Part shown: positions 29,887 to 39,626 of the stretch, one piece after another | How positions within the stretch are numbered: the stretch's first letter is position 1 | Layout of the letters: every line of letters starts with the position of its first letter | Assembly: GCA_026413325.1 (NCBI GenBank) | Contig: JANZYW010000001.1 | Location: 1,616 to 65,615, forward strand | Direction: 5' to 3' | DNA: 64,000 nucleotides | Source of the DNA: Bacteroidia bacterium | Lineage (GTDB): Bacteria > Bacteroidota > Bacteroidia > SpSt-205 | Program-made: the position numbers and the translations under genes | Notes under the pieces: model-generated | Told to the model about the DNA's origin: nothing | What the model saw: the letters and a program-made list of their open reading frames with translations, nothing else | The model's database searches: none

Positions 29887-31217
29887 AGTAGTCGCAAGGA
29901 TAACACATTTAGGGGCAAATACTGTTCTTGAGCAGGACCAAACCGAGTGGTCAACCACTCATCGAAACGCACCAGCTGCATAGAACGGCGCAAACTTTCT
30001 CCTTGCTTCCCAATAAAAGTTTCTAAGAAGCCCTTACGCTCATCTTCGGAGCTTTCGAGGCGGAGAAGCAACTCTTGCGCCTCAGGAGAAAGATCCGGAG
30101 CCGTTTTGAGACGATCCCACACTTCATTTTGCACCTCTTCATCAGATATAGCAAGAGCAGGCTCATGGAAAGCATAACTGGCAAAGAAAATCTGCCAGGC
30201 AAGGTCCAGTCGATATTCCTCATAACTGCGAAGGTGACCGTTATTGCCACTTCGCTCCCTTAGGTACAAGAGGTAGTTATATTGAACCAGGTCTTCGGGA
30301 ATGCGTACGCCCGCTGCATGCAAAAAATGGATTTGATGCGAACGGGTATTGAGCCCCTGGAGAAGCCGATTGACCTGTCGGTCCAAAAGGGCTTTCCAGA
30401 TCTCTTCTTGAGACATCCCTTCGAAAGAGGACAGATCTAACTGCTGAACAAGCTCTTCCAAAGAAAGAGGGGAGACCTGCGCAGCCGAAACTACGGTAAC
30501 TGAGACATCCTCTACCGTGAGGGGAGAAAAATCGGGAAGCTCCGCACGGATGAGGTCGACATACGACAAAAGTGCCTGTGGCGGGAGCTGAAGTTTTTCA
30601 CCTACCTTTCTTTCAGCGATATACGTCCAAGGAAAGGGTTGCGATAAGGTCGTCCAAGAAAGGCGGATAGGTTCAAAAGCGGAAGGAGCCTCCCAACGCA
30701 AACGGACGATCACTTCCTTGTCCACCGGGAGTACTGCAGGCAGGGTGTCCAAAGGTTCCAACTGACCAAAAGCTACCCTCAGATAGCGCTGATAAAGAGC
30801 TACATCGCCTTCCTGTGCCTGATACAGATAACGAATAGGCCGAATCCCCTCAACTGACAATGCTTCGGAGGGTACTACCAAAGCGCGCACCTCATACCGA
30901 TAAGAGGGGAAAGGAGGCTGTACCCTTAACTCTTCAGGACGTCGGATGTAGTAAGGAAACCCTACCAGTCGACGTCCTCCCAAACCCTCATCCAGTGCTT
31001 GTAAGAAATACTGGGTAAGCAGCTCTGTGAGAAGGGCCTCTCCATGCTTGGCCATTACAACCTCCGCTGGCACCTGCCCTGGCCGAAAACCGGGGAGAAC
31101 TAGCTCTCGCCTTAGCTCGCGTATACGCTGCCGATACGGCTGTTCGTATACCTCTGTCGGTATCTCTATCTCCCCCTCTGCCAAATAGGGGCGAGGGAAT
31201 CGCAACTGGATACTCAA
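29883..31217 (-). CDS. tig: Trigger factor.
   Basis: The N-terminal ribosome-binding signature GFRPGQVP lies at the same position as E. coli GFRKGKVP. 444 aa, positioned upstream of clpP-clpX. Confidence 0.88.
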   Translation of the reverse strand: MSIQLRFPRPYLAEGEIEIPTEVYEQPYRQRIRELRRELVLPGFRPGQVPAEVVMAKHGEALLTELLTQYFLQALDEGLGGRRLVGFPYYIRRPEELRVQPPFPSYRYEVRALVVPSEALSVEGIRPIRYLYQAQEGDVALYQRYLRVAFGQLEPLDTLPAVLPVDKEVIVRLRWEAPSAFEPIRLSWTTLSQPFPWTYIAERKVGEKLQLPPQALLSYVDLIRAELPDFSPLTVEDVSVTVVSAAQVSPLSLEELVQQLDLSSFEGMSQEEIWKALLDRQVNRLLQGLNTRSHQIHFLHAAGVRIPEDLVQYNYLLYLRERSGNNGHLRSYEEYRLDLAWQIFFASYAFHEPALAISDEEVQNEVWDRLKTAPDLSPEAQELLLRLESSEDERKGFLETFIGKQGESLRRSMQLVRFDEWLTTRFGPAQEQYLPLNVLSLRLL

Positions 31218-31218
31218 G

Positions 31219-31301
31219 TGCGGATGGAGGGACTCGAACCCTCAACCCCTCACGGGACCAGATCCTAAGTCTGGCGCGTCTGCCAATTCCGCCACATCCG
31301 C
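31219..31301 (-). tRNA. tRNA-Leu (anticodon UAG) with a long variable arm.
   Basis: Cloverleaf folded by hand. Acceptor GCGGATG/CATCCGC, anticodon loop CUUAGGA, variable arm CCCGTGAGGGGTTGAG, T-loop GGTTCGAGTCC. No encoded CCA. Confidence 0.85.
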
Positions 31302-31304
31302 ATA

Positions 31305-31377
31305 TGGCACCGGCGGGACTCGAACCCACATCTGGAGTTTAGGAAACTCCCATTCTATCCTGTTGAACTACGGCGCC
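31305..31377 (-). tRNA. tRNA-Arg (anticodon CCU).
   Basis: Acceptor GGCGCCG/CGGTGCC, anticodon stem-loop GGAGT-TTCCTAA-ACTCC, T-arm GTGGG-TTCGAGT-CCCGC. 73 nt. No encoded CCA. Confidence 0.8.
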
Positions 31378-31401
31378 AAATATACTTACCTTCGCAAAGG
31401 T

Positions 31402-32361
31402 ATGGAAAACCTTGCCGTCGTAGACTTGCGGCACTTTCGAGAGGGAAATCCATCCCTCCAAGAGAGATTTGTAGAAACTCTTGGAAAGGCTTTCAATGAA
31501 ATCGGTTTTGTAATCGTCGAAAATCACTCAGTTACCCCCTCTCTCCAAAAGGCTTTATACGAAAAAGTAGAGGCTTTTTTTGCCTTACCCCCAGAAATCA
31601 AACAGCGCTATATCGTTCCCGGGACTGCAGGGCAACGAGGCTACACGCCTCCTAACCAGGAACATGCCAAAAACCGGACTGTACCTGACCTGAAAGAGTT
31701 CTTTCACGTGGGGCCTGAAATCACCGACTCGAAAGACCCCCTTTATTATCGTCTTCCTAAAAATGTATGGCCTGAAGAAGTGCCCGGATTTCGAGAAACA
31801 GTGCTCCTCGCCTACGAAAAGTTCTTGGAAACGGGGCGAGAACTTCTAAGAGCCATCGCACTGTACTTGGATTTAGAGGAAACCTACTTCGAAGCTCGTA
31901 TCCAGAACGCTCCCAGCCTTCTACGCCTTTTGCACTATTACCCCTTGTCTCCCACCACTCCGATTCCAGAAGGAGCCACGCGTGCAGCCGAGCATGAGGA
32001 TATCAATCTCATCACCCTTCTCATCGGCGCCAGTGCAGAGGGCCTCGAAGTGCTTACACGAGAGGGGAAGTGGCTCTCTCCCATCGTAGCCCCGAATCAG
32101 ATGGTCATAAATGTGGGAGATATGCTACAACGTCTCACGAACAATCGCCTGCGCAGCACTACCCATCGAGTGGTGCTACCCCCTCCTGAAAAGCGCCACC
32201 TACCCCGTTTTTCAGTACCTTTCTTCCTCCATCCTCGCCCTGAAGTAAGTTTGGCTTGTCTACCCTCCTGCATCGATGACCATCACCCTAAAGCCTACCC
32301 CGATACAACCGCTGAAGCATACTTAGAGGAGCGACTCGTAGAAATGGGCCTGCGGAAATAA
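31402..32361 (+). CDS. 2-oxoglutarate/Fe(II)-dependent oxygenase (isopenicillin-N-synthase-like family).
   Basis: HxD…H iron-binding context (AAEHEDINLITLL … STTHRVV). Overall similarity to the 2OG-Fe(II) oxygenase superfamily. The ORF is open from 31363, where it would overlap the tRNA; the start was taken at MENLAV. Confidence 0.65.
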   Translation: MENLAVVDLRHFREGNPSLQERFVETLGKAFNEIGFVIVENHSVTPSLQKALYEKVEAFFALPPEIKQRYIVPGTAGQRGYTPPNQEHAKNRTVPDLKEFFHVGPEITDSKDPLYYRLPKNVWPEEVPGFRETVLLAYEKFLETGRELLRAIALYLDLEETYFEARIQNAPSLLRLLHYYPLSPTTPIPEGATRAAEHEDINLITLLIGASAEGLEVLTREGKWLSPIVAPNQMVINVGDMLQRLTNNRLRSTTHRVVLPPPEKRHLPRFSVPFFLHPRPEVSLACLPSCIDDHHPKAYPDTTAEAYLEERLVEMGLRK

Positions 32362-33064
32362 CGCAGGGACACCTAACCAGTAGCCTGCAAAAATTCTTCT
32401 TTAAGCCTTTCGATTGCCTTTCAAGAGGTAAGAAACATTATCTGATGATAGCTTCACTTGTCTAAAAAATGAGTCGCAGAAACCCCGTCCCCTCTTCCTC
32501 CCAGACATATAACAACCGCCTCCTATCGAGAGCCATCCCTACGAACCTTCCCTTGCTTCAAGCGTCCAACGAGGGAGATAACGTCTCAAGAGGCCCATAC
32601 CTCTAACACCGAAGTTTCCTCTGGCCCCATCTCTACCTCCCCATCCATGATCGTGAGGACGTACTCCTCGTCGCCTTCAAGGAGTGTCCAGGACAGGCTC
32701 TGAGTGAATGCGTACCAAGGGCCGTGAAGGTGTAGCCCCCTCCCCAAAGCCTTAAGGGGACAAGGCAGAATCTACTGCCCAGCTCCCCCAAAGAGCCCAT
32801 CCGGCCGAGGATTCGAGTAGCGGTTGTGCGTCTGGGCTTTGTTTCCTCGAAAATTATGGCGGGGAAGGAAAGGGGGAGCCTTTTCCTCCGTCCATATGCC
32901 ACTGCGAGCCAAAACAAGCCATTGAGACAGAGTGCTTCCGGTCGCATTCGGCTACAGGGGTACGTTATACTGAAACTCTGATGGAGCTTTCAGAGTAAAT
33001 ATATCCGAACCTTGGGAAGGCTTCAGCTCCCTTTTGAGCCCTCCGCAGAGGATACCTTTGACCC

Positions 33065-34321
33065 ATGCCTATCTGGCGACCCTCGACCAGTCATCACGAC
33101 AAAACCCCTCTTCCCATCAGGGTTACTCGTGCACAAGGTTCCTACCTCTACACAGCCGATGGCCGTGCGATCTGGGATGGTACGTGTGCCTGGTGGGTAA
33201 CTGTCCATGGCCACTGCCACCCCCACATCGCAGCAGCGATAGCTCATCAGGCTCACACCTTAGACCAGGTGCTCTTCGCTGATTTTACCCATCCCCTGGC
33301 CGAACATCTTATTCAAAGGCTATCTACCCTCACAGGACTTCCATGGGGATTCTTTTCAGATGACGGCTCTACTGCCGTAGAGGTAGCTCTCAAGATAGCG
33401 ATCCAGTACTTTCGAAATCGGGGAGAACGTCGCACCCGCCTTTTAGCCCTGGAGGGGGCCTACCATGGAGATACCTTCGGTGCTATGAGCGTATCCGCTC
33501 GAGGTCTATTCACTTTACCTTTCGAGGATTGGCTCTTCGAAGTGGAATGGCTTCCCTTTCCCTCCCCCGAGAATGAAGCTGCCCTGCGCCAGTCGTTGGA
33601 AAAGCTTCAAGAAAGACGGGATATCATCGCCTTCATTGGAGAACCTCTTCTTCAAGGCACTGCTGGCATGCGTACCTACGCTCCTTCCTATTGGGACCTT
33701 ATAGCCACCACCGTGAGACAGACAGGAGGCCTCGTGATCGCAGACGAGGTCTTCACTGGCTTCGGCAGAACAGGTACTCTCTTTGCCACTCAGCAGTGTC
33801 AGCAAAAACCCGACATCCTCTGCCTCTCCAAAGGCATAACAGGTGGATTTATGCCTTTGGGAGTCACTCTGGTGAGTGAGCAGGTATTCCACGGTTTCTA
33901 TACCTCCGATCCCCTCAAGGCTTTTTACCATGGCCATTCCTACACAGGTAATCCTCTCGCCTGTGCCGCTGCCATAGCCAACTTAGAGCTGTGGGAGGAA
34001 TCTCATACCTGGACTCAACTCCAGACCCTGTGTGATACCCAAAAACAGCTGGCAGAAAAATGGCGAGAAATGTTCCCCGACCTCCCCGTACGTACTTTGG
34101 GGCTGGTATTAGCGGTAGAACTCCCCGGAGCTGAGAGAGGGTATCTTGCTCCTCATAGACACACTTTCAAGGCATATGCCTTAGAACGCAATATCTTTTT
34201 GCGCCCACTGGGTGCTGTAGTATATATTCTTCCCGCTCTGTCGAGCCAGCCACATGAGTTAGAGCGAGCATTTTACCTCATCCAAGATTATTTAGAAACA
34301 GTAGGGGTGAGCTCAGCATAA
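33065..34321 (+). CDS. bioA: Adenosylmethionine-8-amino-7-oxononanoate aminotransferase (class III PLP aminotransferase).
   Basis: BioA-type WW…HGH motif (CAWWVTVHGHCHP). PLP-lysine region LCLSKGITGGFMPLG. Confidence 0.8.
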   Translation: MPIWRPSTSHHDKTPLPIRVTRAQGSYLYTADGRAIWDGTCAWWVTVHGHCHPHIAAAIAHQAHTLDQVLFADFTHPLAEHLIQRLSTLTGLPWGFFSDDGSTAVEVALKIAIQYFRNRGERRTRLLALEGAYHGDTFGAMSVSARGLFTLPFEDWLFEVEWLPFPSPENEAALRQSLEKLQERRDIIAFIGEPLLQGTAGMRTYAPSYWDLIATTVRQTGGLVIADEVFTGFGRTGTLFATQQCQQKPDILCLSKGITGGFMPLGVTLVSEQVFHGFYTSDPLKAFYHGHSYTGNPLACAAAIANLELWEESHTWTQLQTLCDTQKQLAEKWREMFPDLPVRTLGLVLAVELPGAERGYLAPHRHTFKAYALERNIFLRPLGAVVYILPALSSQPHELERAFYLIQDYLETVGVSSA

Positions 34322-37149
34322 GCTTCGACAGGTGGGCAGACACATACGAGATGGCGATCGCCGTAGGCATGGTCTACCCGTGCTACAGAAGGCCAAAATT
34401 TATACTCCCATAACCAGGGGGCAGGAAAAGCCCCTTGCTCCCGAGAGTAAGGACGGTCCCAGTGCTCTACCAGAACCGCTCGCTGGGTATGGGGCGCACG
34501 TCGAAGAGGACTCTCTCCCAGTGGGATCTCTCCAGCTTCGATCTGGGCTATTTCTCCACGAATCTGCGTCATCGCCTGAACAAATCGCTCGAGCTCCGCT
34601 AAATCCTCGCTTTCTGTAGGCTCGATCATTATCGTGCCCGGTACAGGAAAGGATACCGTCGGTGCATGAAAACCGAAATCCATGAGGCGCTTAGCAATAT
34701 CCTCCACCTCCACTCCCAATCGATTTTTGAAACCGCGTAAATCCAGTATAAATTCATGCGCCACGAATCCTTCTTCTCCCGTATAGAGAACGGGAAAGTA
34801 CGGTTCCAACCGAGCCTTGAGATAATTCGCATTTAGAAGCGCTACCTGCGTAGCATACCGAAGGCCGTCTGGCCCCATCATGCGGATATATGCATACGAA
34901 ATCCACAGAATGAGCGCACTTCCATAAGGCGCAGCAGCTACAGGACCGATACCCTCAGGACCACCCGTTTCCACGACAGGATGGGTAGGAAGGTAGGGAA
35001 CTAAATGAGCGGCTACCCCTATTGGGCCCATTCCCGGCCCTCCCCCCCCATGGGGAATAGCAAAGGTTTTGTGCAGGTTGAGATGGCAAACATCCGCTCC
35101 GATCCGAGCTGGACTGGTCAAGCCTACCTGGGCATTTAGATTAGCTCCATCCATGTAGACCTGCCCCCCTACCGCATGTACCTTTTCGCATATAGTACGG
35201 ATAGAACGCTCATACACCCCATGGGTAGAGGGATAAGTAATCATGATGGCTGCGATCCGAGAGCCATAACGATTAAGGTGCTGGTCCAGGTCTGCAAGGT
35301 CGATATTCCCCCGTTCGTCAGCTTGCACTACTACCACCTGGTATCCAGCAAGCACCGCACTTGCAGGGTTCGTACCATGCGCCGAAGAGGGCACGAGAAC
35401 TACATCTCGATGGCCTTCCCCTCGAGCTTGATGGTATCTCCGGATCACCAGCAGTCCCGTATATTCTCCTTGAGCTCCAGAGTTTGGTTGAAAGCTTATC
35501 CGAGCAAAACCAGTAATGGCACACAGATACCGCTCTAACCGGTCTATCATGGTCTGATACCCCCTTGCCTGTTCTCGCGGGACAAAAGGGTGGAGGCTAT
35601 TCAGCTCCGGCCAGCTCAAGGGCATGAGAGCGGCTACTGGATTGAGCTTCATCGTGCAAGAGCCCAGCGGTATCATAGAATGTACCAGAGAGACGTCTCT
35701 GCTCATCAACTGATGGAGATACCGAGTAAGCTGATGCTCTCCACGATAGCGATGAAATGCTGGATGTGTAAGATAAGGAGTGGTTCTTACAACTTCTGCG
35801 GGTATCTTCGAAGGTGCAGTAGAAGGTAGAGCAATCGGAATAGATAGAGCTTGCGAAAAGACACTCGTGATGTCTTGAAGGTCCTTCTCTTGTACCGTCT
35901 CATCTAAGCTGATCCCGATACTCCCATCCGAGAAGTATCGGAAGTTGATCTGATGGCGCTCCGCTGCTTGCCGTATCGATGTGAGATTATCAAGAGAAGC
36001 CTTCAATCGCAGCGTGTCAAAAAACTGGGCATACATGGGAGGAAAGGGGGTAGTTTCCAAGGCTTGGGCGAGGCGGCTGGTCTGGCTGTGAATACGGGTG
36101 GCAAGTGCCCGCAATCCTTCTGGACCGTGATACAGTGCGTATAACGTGGCCATGTGTGCGAGAAGCACCTGAGCCGTACATATGTTGCTCGTCGCTCGCT
36201 CTCGCTTAATGTGCTGCTCCCGTGTCTGAAGGGCTAACCGATATGCAGGACGGCCTTCTGCATCTACCGTCAAGCCGACGATCCGTCCTGGTACATACCG
36301 CTTGTAAGATTCCGCAGCGGCAAAAAAAGCCGCGTGAGGCCCCCCGTATCCCAACGGCACACCAAATCGCTGACTGGACCCAAAAGCTACATCGGCCCCA
36401 AGCTTGCCAGGTGCCTCTACCAACGTAAGCATCAGAAGGTCTGTAGCCACTCCGACCTGAGCACCAGCTTTCTTAGCCGAAGAGATGAGCTCCGACGTAT
36501 AAGGGCGAATCCATCCATCCGTCGTAGGATACGCTAAAATTGCGCCCCAGTAGGCTTCCCATTTTGCTTCCTCCGGAAAGCCCAGTTCAATGACGATACC
36601 CAACGCTTCGGCACGGGTACGAACGACCCCGATCACTTGAGGATGTAACAGTGCATCCAGAAAAAACCTCCCCCTCTTCTCTCGGGCAGTAGAATAAAAC
36701 ATGAAAAGCGTCTCCGCAGCTGCCGTGGCTTCATCTAAAAGAGAAGCATTTGCAATAGGAAGGCCCGTCAGATCACTCACCATGGTCTGAAACAAGAGCA
36801 ATAGCTCCAACCTCCCCTGTGCGATTTCAGGCTGATACGGCGTATACGCCGTGTACCAACCAGGGTTCTCCAACACGAGACGCTGAATGACAGGGGGGGT
36901 GTAGGTACCATAATACCCCATTCCGATGTAAGAGCGCCAGCAGACGTTCTGGGCGGCTAACTGACGCATCTCCTCTAAAATCTCTGCTTCCGTAGCTGCA
37001 GGAGGAATCTCTAAAGAACCTTCCGTTTGAATATCGGGAGGAATTATCCTTTCTACCAGTTCTTCTAATGTCTGGACTCCTACTGTCTGAAGCATATGCC
37101 GAAGCTCCTCTTCCCGATGTGGTACATGCCTTCGCACAAAGGGTATCAT
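34288..37149 (-). CDS. gcvP: Glycine dehydrogenase (decarboxylating), glycine cleavage system P protein.
   Basis: 953 aa, single-chain GcvP architecture. Conserved N-terminus (FVRRH…EEL…ML…G…LEEL…IP..I). PLP-lysine context NLHKTFAIPHGGGGPG. Confidence 0.92.
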   Translation of the reverse strand: MIPFVRRHVPHREEELRHMLQTVGVQTLEELVERIIPPDIQTEGSLEIPPAATEAEILEEMRQLAAQNVCWRSYIGMGYYGTYTPPVIQRLVLENPGWYTAYTPYQPEIAQGRLELLLLFQTMVSDLTGLPIANASLLDEATAAAETLFMFYSTAREKRGRFFLDALLHPQVIGVVRTRAEALGIVIELGFPEEAKWEAYWGAILAYPTTDGWIRPYTSELISSAKKAGAQVGVATDLLMLTLVEAPGKLGADVAFGSSQRFGVPLGYGGPHAAFFAAAESYKRYVPGRIVGLTVDAEGRPAYRLALQTREQHIKRERATSNICTAQVLLAHMATLYALYHGPEGLRALATRIHSQTSRLAQALETTPFPPMYAQFFDTLRLKASLDNLTSIRQAAERHQINFRYFSDGSIGISLDETVQEKDLQDITSVFSQALSIPIALPSTAPSKIPAEVVRTTPYLTHPAFHRYRGEHQLTRYLHQLMSRDVSLVHSMIPLGSCTMKLNPVAALMPLSWPELNSLHPFVPREQARGYQTMIDRLERYLCAITGFARISFQPNSGAQGEYTGLLVIRRYHQARGEGHRDVVLVPSSAHGTNPASAVLAGYQVVVVQADERGNIDLADLDQHLNRYGSRIAAIMITYPSTHGVYERSIRTICEKVHAVGGQVYMDGANLNAQVGLTSPARIGADVCHLNLHKTFAIPHGGGGPGMGPIGVAAHLVPYLPTHPVVETGGPEGIGPVAAAPYGSALILWISYAYIRMMGPDGLRYATQVALLNANYLKARLEPYFPVLYTGEEGFVAHEFILDLRGFKNRLGVEVEDIAKRLMDFGFHAPTVSFPVPGTIMIEPTESEDLAELERFVQAMTQIRGEIAQIEAGEIPLGESPLRRAPHTQRAVLVEHWDRPYSREQGAFPAPWLWEYKFWPSVARVDHAYGDRHLVCVCPPVEAYAELTPTVSK

Positions 37150-37225
37150 GGCACAAAGCTAAACAGATTAGAGCGGCCACCTCGTTTGCAACTTCTACTG
37201 AGAAAAATCGTTTTACTTTGATGAT

Positions 37226-38500
37226 ATGGACTGGCGCAGCTATAAGCCCCTTCTGCTCCCTCGTGTTCCAAACCTTCACCAAATCGATGTTTATGAAGCA
37301 CAAGGGGGGTATCAGCAGCTTAGACGGGTCTTGACAGAACTCACTCCCGCACAAGTGATCGAAGAAATCAAGGCAGCGAATATCCGGGGCAGGGGAGGAG
37401 CCGGTTTCAATGCGGGGCTCAAGTGGAGCTTCATGCCACCTAAGAAAGAAGGAGTTCCTCGCTACTTAGCAGCTAACGGAGATGAGTCTGAACCTGGAAC
37501 CTGTAAAGATCGTCGCATCTTCGAGTTCAATCCCCACCTTTTCATAGAAGGGGCCATCATCGCCGCATACGCGATGCAGATCGATGCGGTCTATGTATAC
37601 ATTCGAGGTGAATATGCAGACTGGATCGATCGCTTACAAGCAGCAGTGGATCAGGCTTACGAACGAAGGTATATAGGAGAAAATATCTTAGGGAAGGGCT
37701 TCTCTACCCATTTGTATTTGCATAAAGGAGCAGGGGCCTATATATGCGGAGAAGAGACAGGGTTGATGGAGTCTTTAGAAGGGAAACGAGCCTATCCTCG
37801 CTATAAACCCCCATTCCCCGCCCAAAAAGGGCTCTGGGGCTGCCCGACTACCATCAACAATGTCGAAACATTGGCGCACGTGCCTATTGTACTCCGGATA
37901 GGAGCTCAGGCTTATACTCAGATCGGGGCACCCGAGCATCCCGGGCCCCTCCTTTACGGCATTTCTGGTCATATCAATCGTCCAGGCGTGTACGAATACC
38001 CCAGCGGAATGCTCCTCTCCGACCTGATATACGAAGTAGGCGGCGGCATACGGAACGGGAAGCGACTCAAAGGGGTCGTCCCTGGGGGCTCTTCGACCCC
38101 TATCCTCACACCCGAGGAGATCGAGGGAGTGCGAATGAGTGCAGACGCCTTACGAAAAGTGGGATCCATGTTAGGCACAGCAGGAATGCTCGTCTTAGAT
38201 GAAGACACAGACATGGTTCGTTTTGCCTACCGAATAGCAGCTTTCTACAAACACGAATCCTGCGGACAGTGTACCCCTTGTCGAGAGGGTACGGGTTGGA
38301 TGAAACAGATTCTCCACCGATTCTTGGACAGAACTGCCACATATGCGGACATCGATAGACTCCTCTCTGTGGCCAATCAAATAGAAGGCAGAACCATCTG
38401 TGCTCTGGCAGATGCCGCTGTCTGGCCAGTGCGGGCTATCATCCAGAAATACAGAGAAGAGTTTGAGCGGGTAGCACGACCCGCCTTAGTGGCTATCTAA
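37226..38500 (+). CDS. nuoF: NADH:quinone oxidoreductase subunit F (51-kDa NADH/FMN/4Fe-4S subunit).
   Basis: FMN/NADH region GRGGAGFNAGLKW. Four-Cys cluster motif ESCGQCTPCREG. Confidence 0.88.
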   Translation: MDWRSYKPLLLPRVPNLHQIDVYEAQGGYQQLRRVLTELTPAQVIEEIKAANIRGRGGAGFNAGLKWSFMPPKKEGVPRYLAANGDESEPGTCKDRRIFEFNPHLFIEGAIIAAYAMQIDAVYVYIRGEYADWIDRLQAAVDQAYERRYIGENILGKGFSTHLYLHKGAGAYICGEETGLMESLEGKRAYPRYKPPFPAQKGLWGCPTTINNVETLAHVPIVLRIGAQAYTQIGAPEHPGPLLYGISGHINRPGVYEYPSGMLLSDLIYEVGGGIRNGKRLKGVVPGGSSTPILTPEEIEGVRMSADALRKVGSMLGTAGMLVLDEDTDMVRFAYRIAAFYKHESCGQCTPCREGTGWMKQILHRFLDRTATYADIDRLLSVANQIEGRTICALADAAVWPVRAIIQKYREEFERVARPALVAI

Positions 38501-38517
38501 CGATTAGGGCACAGTTT

Positions 38518-39087
38518 TTGGTACCTTTGTTGATAGCGGATATGCTAACCCCCATAGATATTCAAAATCAAACCTTCAATCGCACCTTACGTGGCTACGA
38601 TCCCGAGGAAGTCCGCACATTTTTACGTCAGGTTGCCCAAGAATGGGGCTCAGTCTTGGAAGAAAAACACTCTTTGCTCCAAAAAGTCGAGCAGCTCTCC
38701 TCTGAACTAAAACGCTACAAGGAGATGGAATCCCTTCTCCAACGCACCCTCCTCCAAGCAGAAGAAAATAGCCGTCTCACCCTCCAGAATGCAGAGAAGA
38801 ACGCCAATCTCATCCTTCAAGAAGCTCGACAAAAAGCAGAGGAAACACTGGCCGCTCTCAACCGCCAGAAAGAACATATCGAACAGGCCATCCAGCATCT
38901 CCAGCAGCGACGCCAGGATATTTTACTGGAGCTCCGGTCCTTCCTCACGCTCCAACTCGAGAGACTTGAACAGCTGGCCGGGAACCCCACCCCGGTAGAG
39001 AAAAAGAACCCTACTCCTCCCCCCTCTTCCTCAGCCACCTCCTCCCCTACTATTTCCTGGGCCGCTAAAATCGCCGATAAACTATGA
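38518..39087 (+). CDS. DivIVA-domain coiled-coil protein.
   Basis: N-terminal DivIVA signature (LTPIDIQNQTFNRTLRGYDPEEVRTFL) followed by coiled coil. Confidence 0.75.
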   Translation: MVPLLIADMLTPIDIQNQTFNRTLRGYDPEEVRTFLRQVAQEWGSVLEEKHSLLQKVEQLSSELKRYKEMESLLQRTLLQAEENSRLTLQNAEKNANLILQEARQKAEETLAALNRQKEHIEQAIQHLQQRRQDILLELRSFLTLQLERLEQLAGNPTPVEKKNPTPPPSSSATSSPTISWAAKIADKL

Positions 39088-39626
39088 TACTTTCCGACAG
39101 TCAAATCTTAGAAGCTTTGGAACAAGGAACGCTTCGTATCGAGCCTTTCCGTCGAGAAGCTCTCGGTAGCAATAGCTATGATGTCCATTTAGGCCCCTAC
39201 CTTCGTGTGTATGCCTCTTCCGTATTAGATGCTCGCCATCCTATGCCCTCTTCGCTCTTGAAGATACCCCCGAAGGGACTTTACCTGATACCAGGTGTTC
39301 TGTATTTAGGTGCCACTGAAGAGTATACAGAGAGCCATACGTACGTACCCTTTCTGGAAGGAAAAAGCAGTATAGGACGCCTTGGGATTCAAATCCATTC
39401 TACCGCCAGCAAAGGGGATGTCGGCTTTTGCAATCACTGGACACTCGAGATATCTGTCATCCACCCCATTCGGGTTTATGCAGGGATGCCTATTGGACAG
39501 CTCATTTTCTTCACATTGCAAGGCTCGCCTCCTCTTCCCTACACAGCTCGAAACAGTGCGAAGTATACCGAGAAGACCCCGCTACCCATGCCATCTCTTT
39601 ACTGGAAAAACTTCGAACCTGTATGA
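39084..39626 (+). CDS. dcd: dCTP deaminase.
   Basis: N-terminus MILSDSQILEALEQGTLRIEPF…NSYDVHLG matches Dcd. About 180 aa. Confidence 0.8.
   Translation: MILSDSQILEALEQGTLRIEPFRREALGSNSYDVHLGPYLRVYASSVLDARHPMPSSLLKIPPKGLYLIPGVLYLGATEEYTESHTYVPFLEGKSSIGRLGIQIHSTASKGDVGFCNHWTLEISVIHPIRVYAGMPIGQLIFFTLQGSPPLPYTARNSAKYTEKTPLPMPSLYWKNFEPV

Noticed and set aside
31219-33064. Possible integrated mobile element next to the tRNA pair.
   Set aside because: No integrase, transposase or phage gene is present, and no direct repeat of a tRNA 3' end was found. The tRNA 3' ends face tig (housekeeping), while the gene-poor gap lies on the other side. The oxygenase and bioA genes look chromosomal.
32362-33064. 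tmRNA, RNase P RNA or SRP RNA in the gene-free gap.
   Set aside because: No GGUUCGA-type T-loop with an acceptor stem and tag-peptide ORF, no GGAAAGUCCGG or GGUAAGAGCGCACC RNase P blocks, and no SRP domain IV GGAA tetraloop context were found by eye. The region is still reported as a finding because of its unexplained size.
34332-34619. 95-aa plus-strand ORF and other ORFs of 60-120 aa inside gcvP.
   Set aside because: Antisense or alternate-frame to a 953-aa conserved gene, with biased composition. Spurious.
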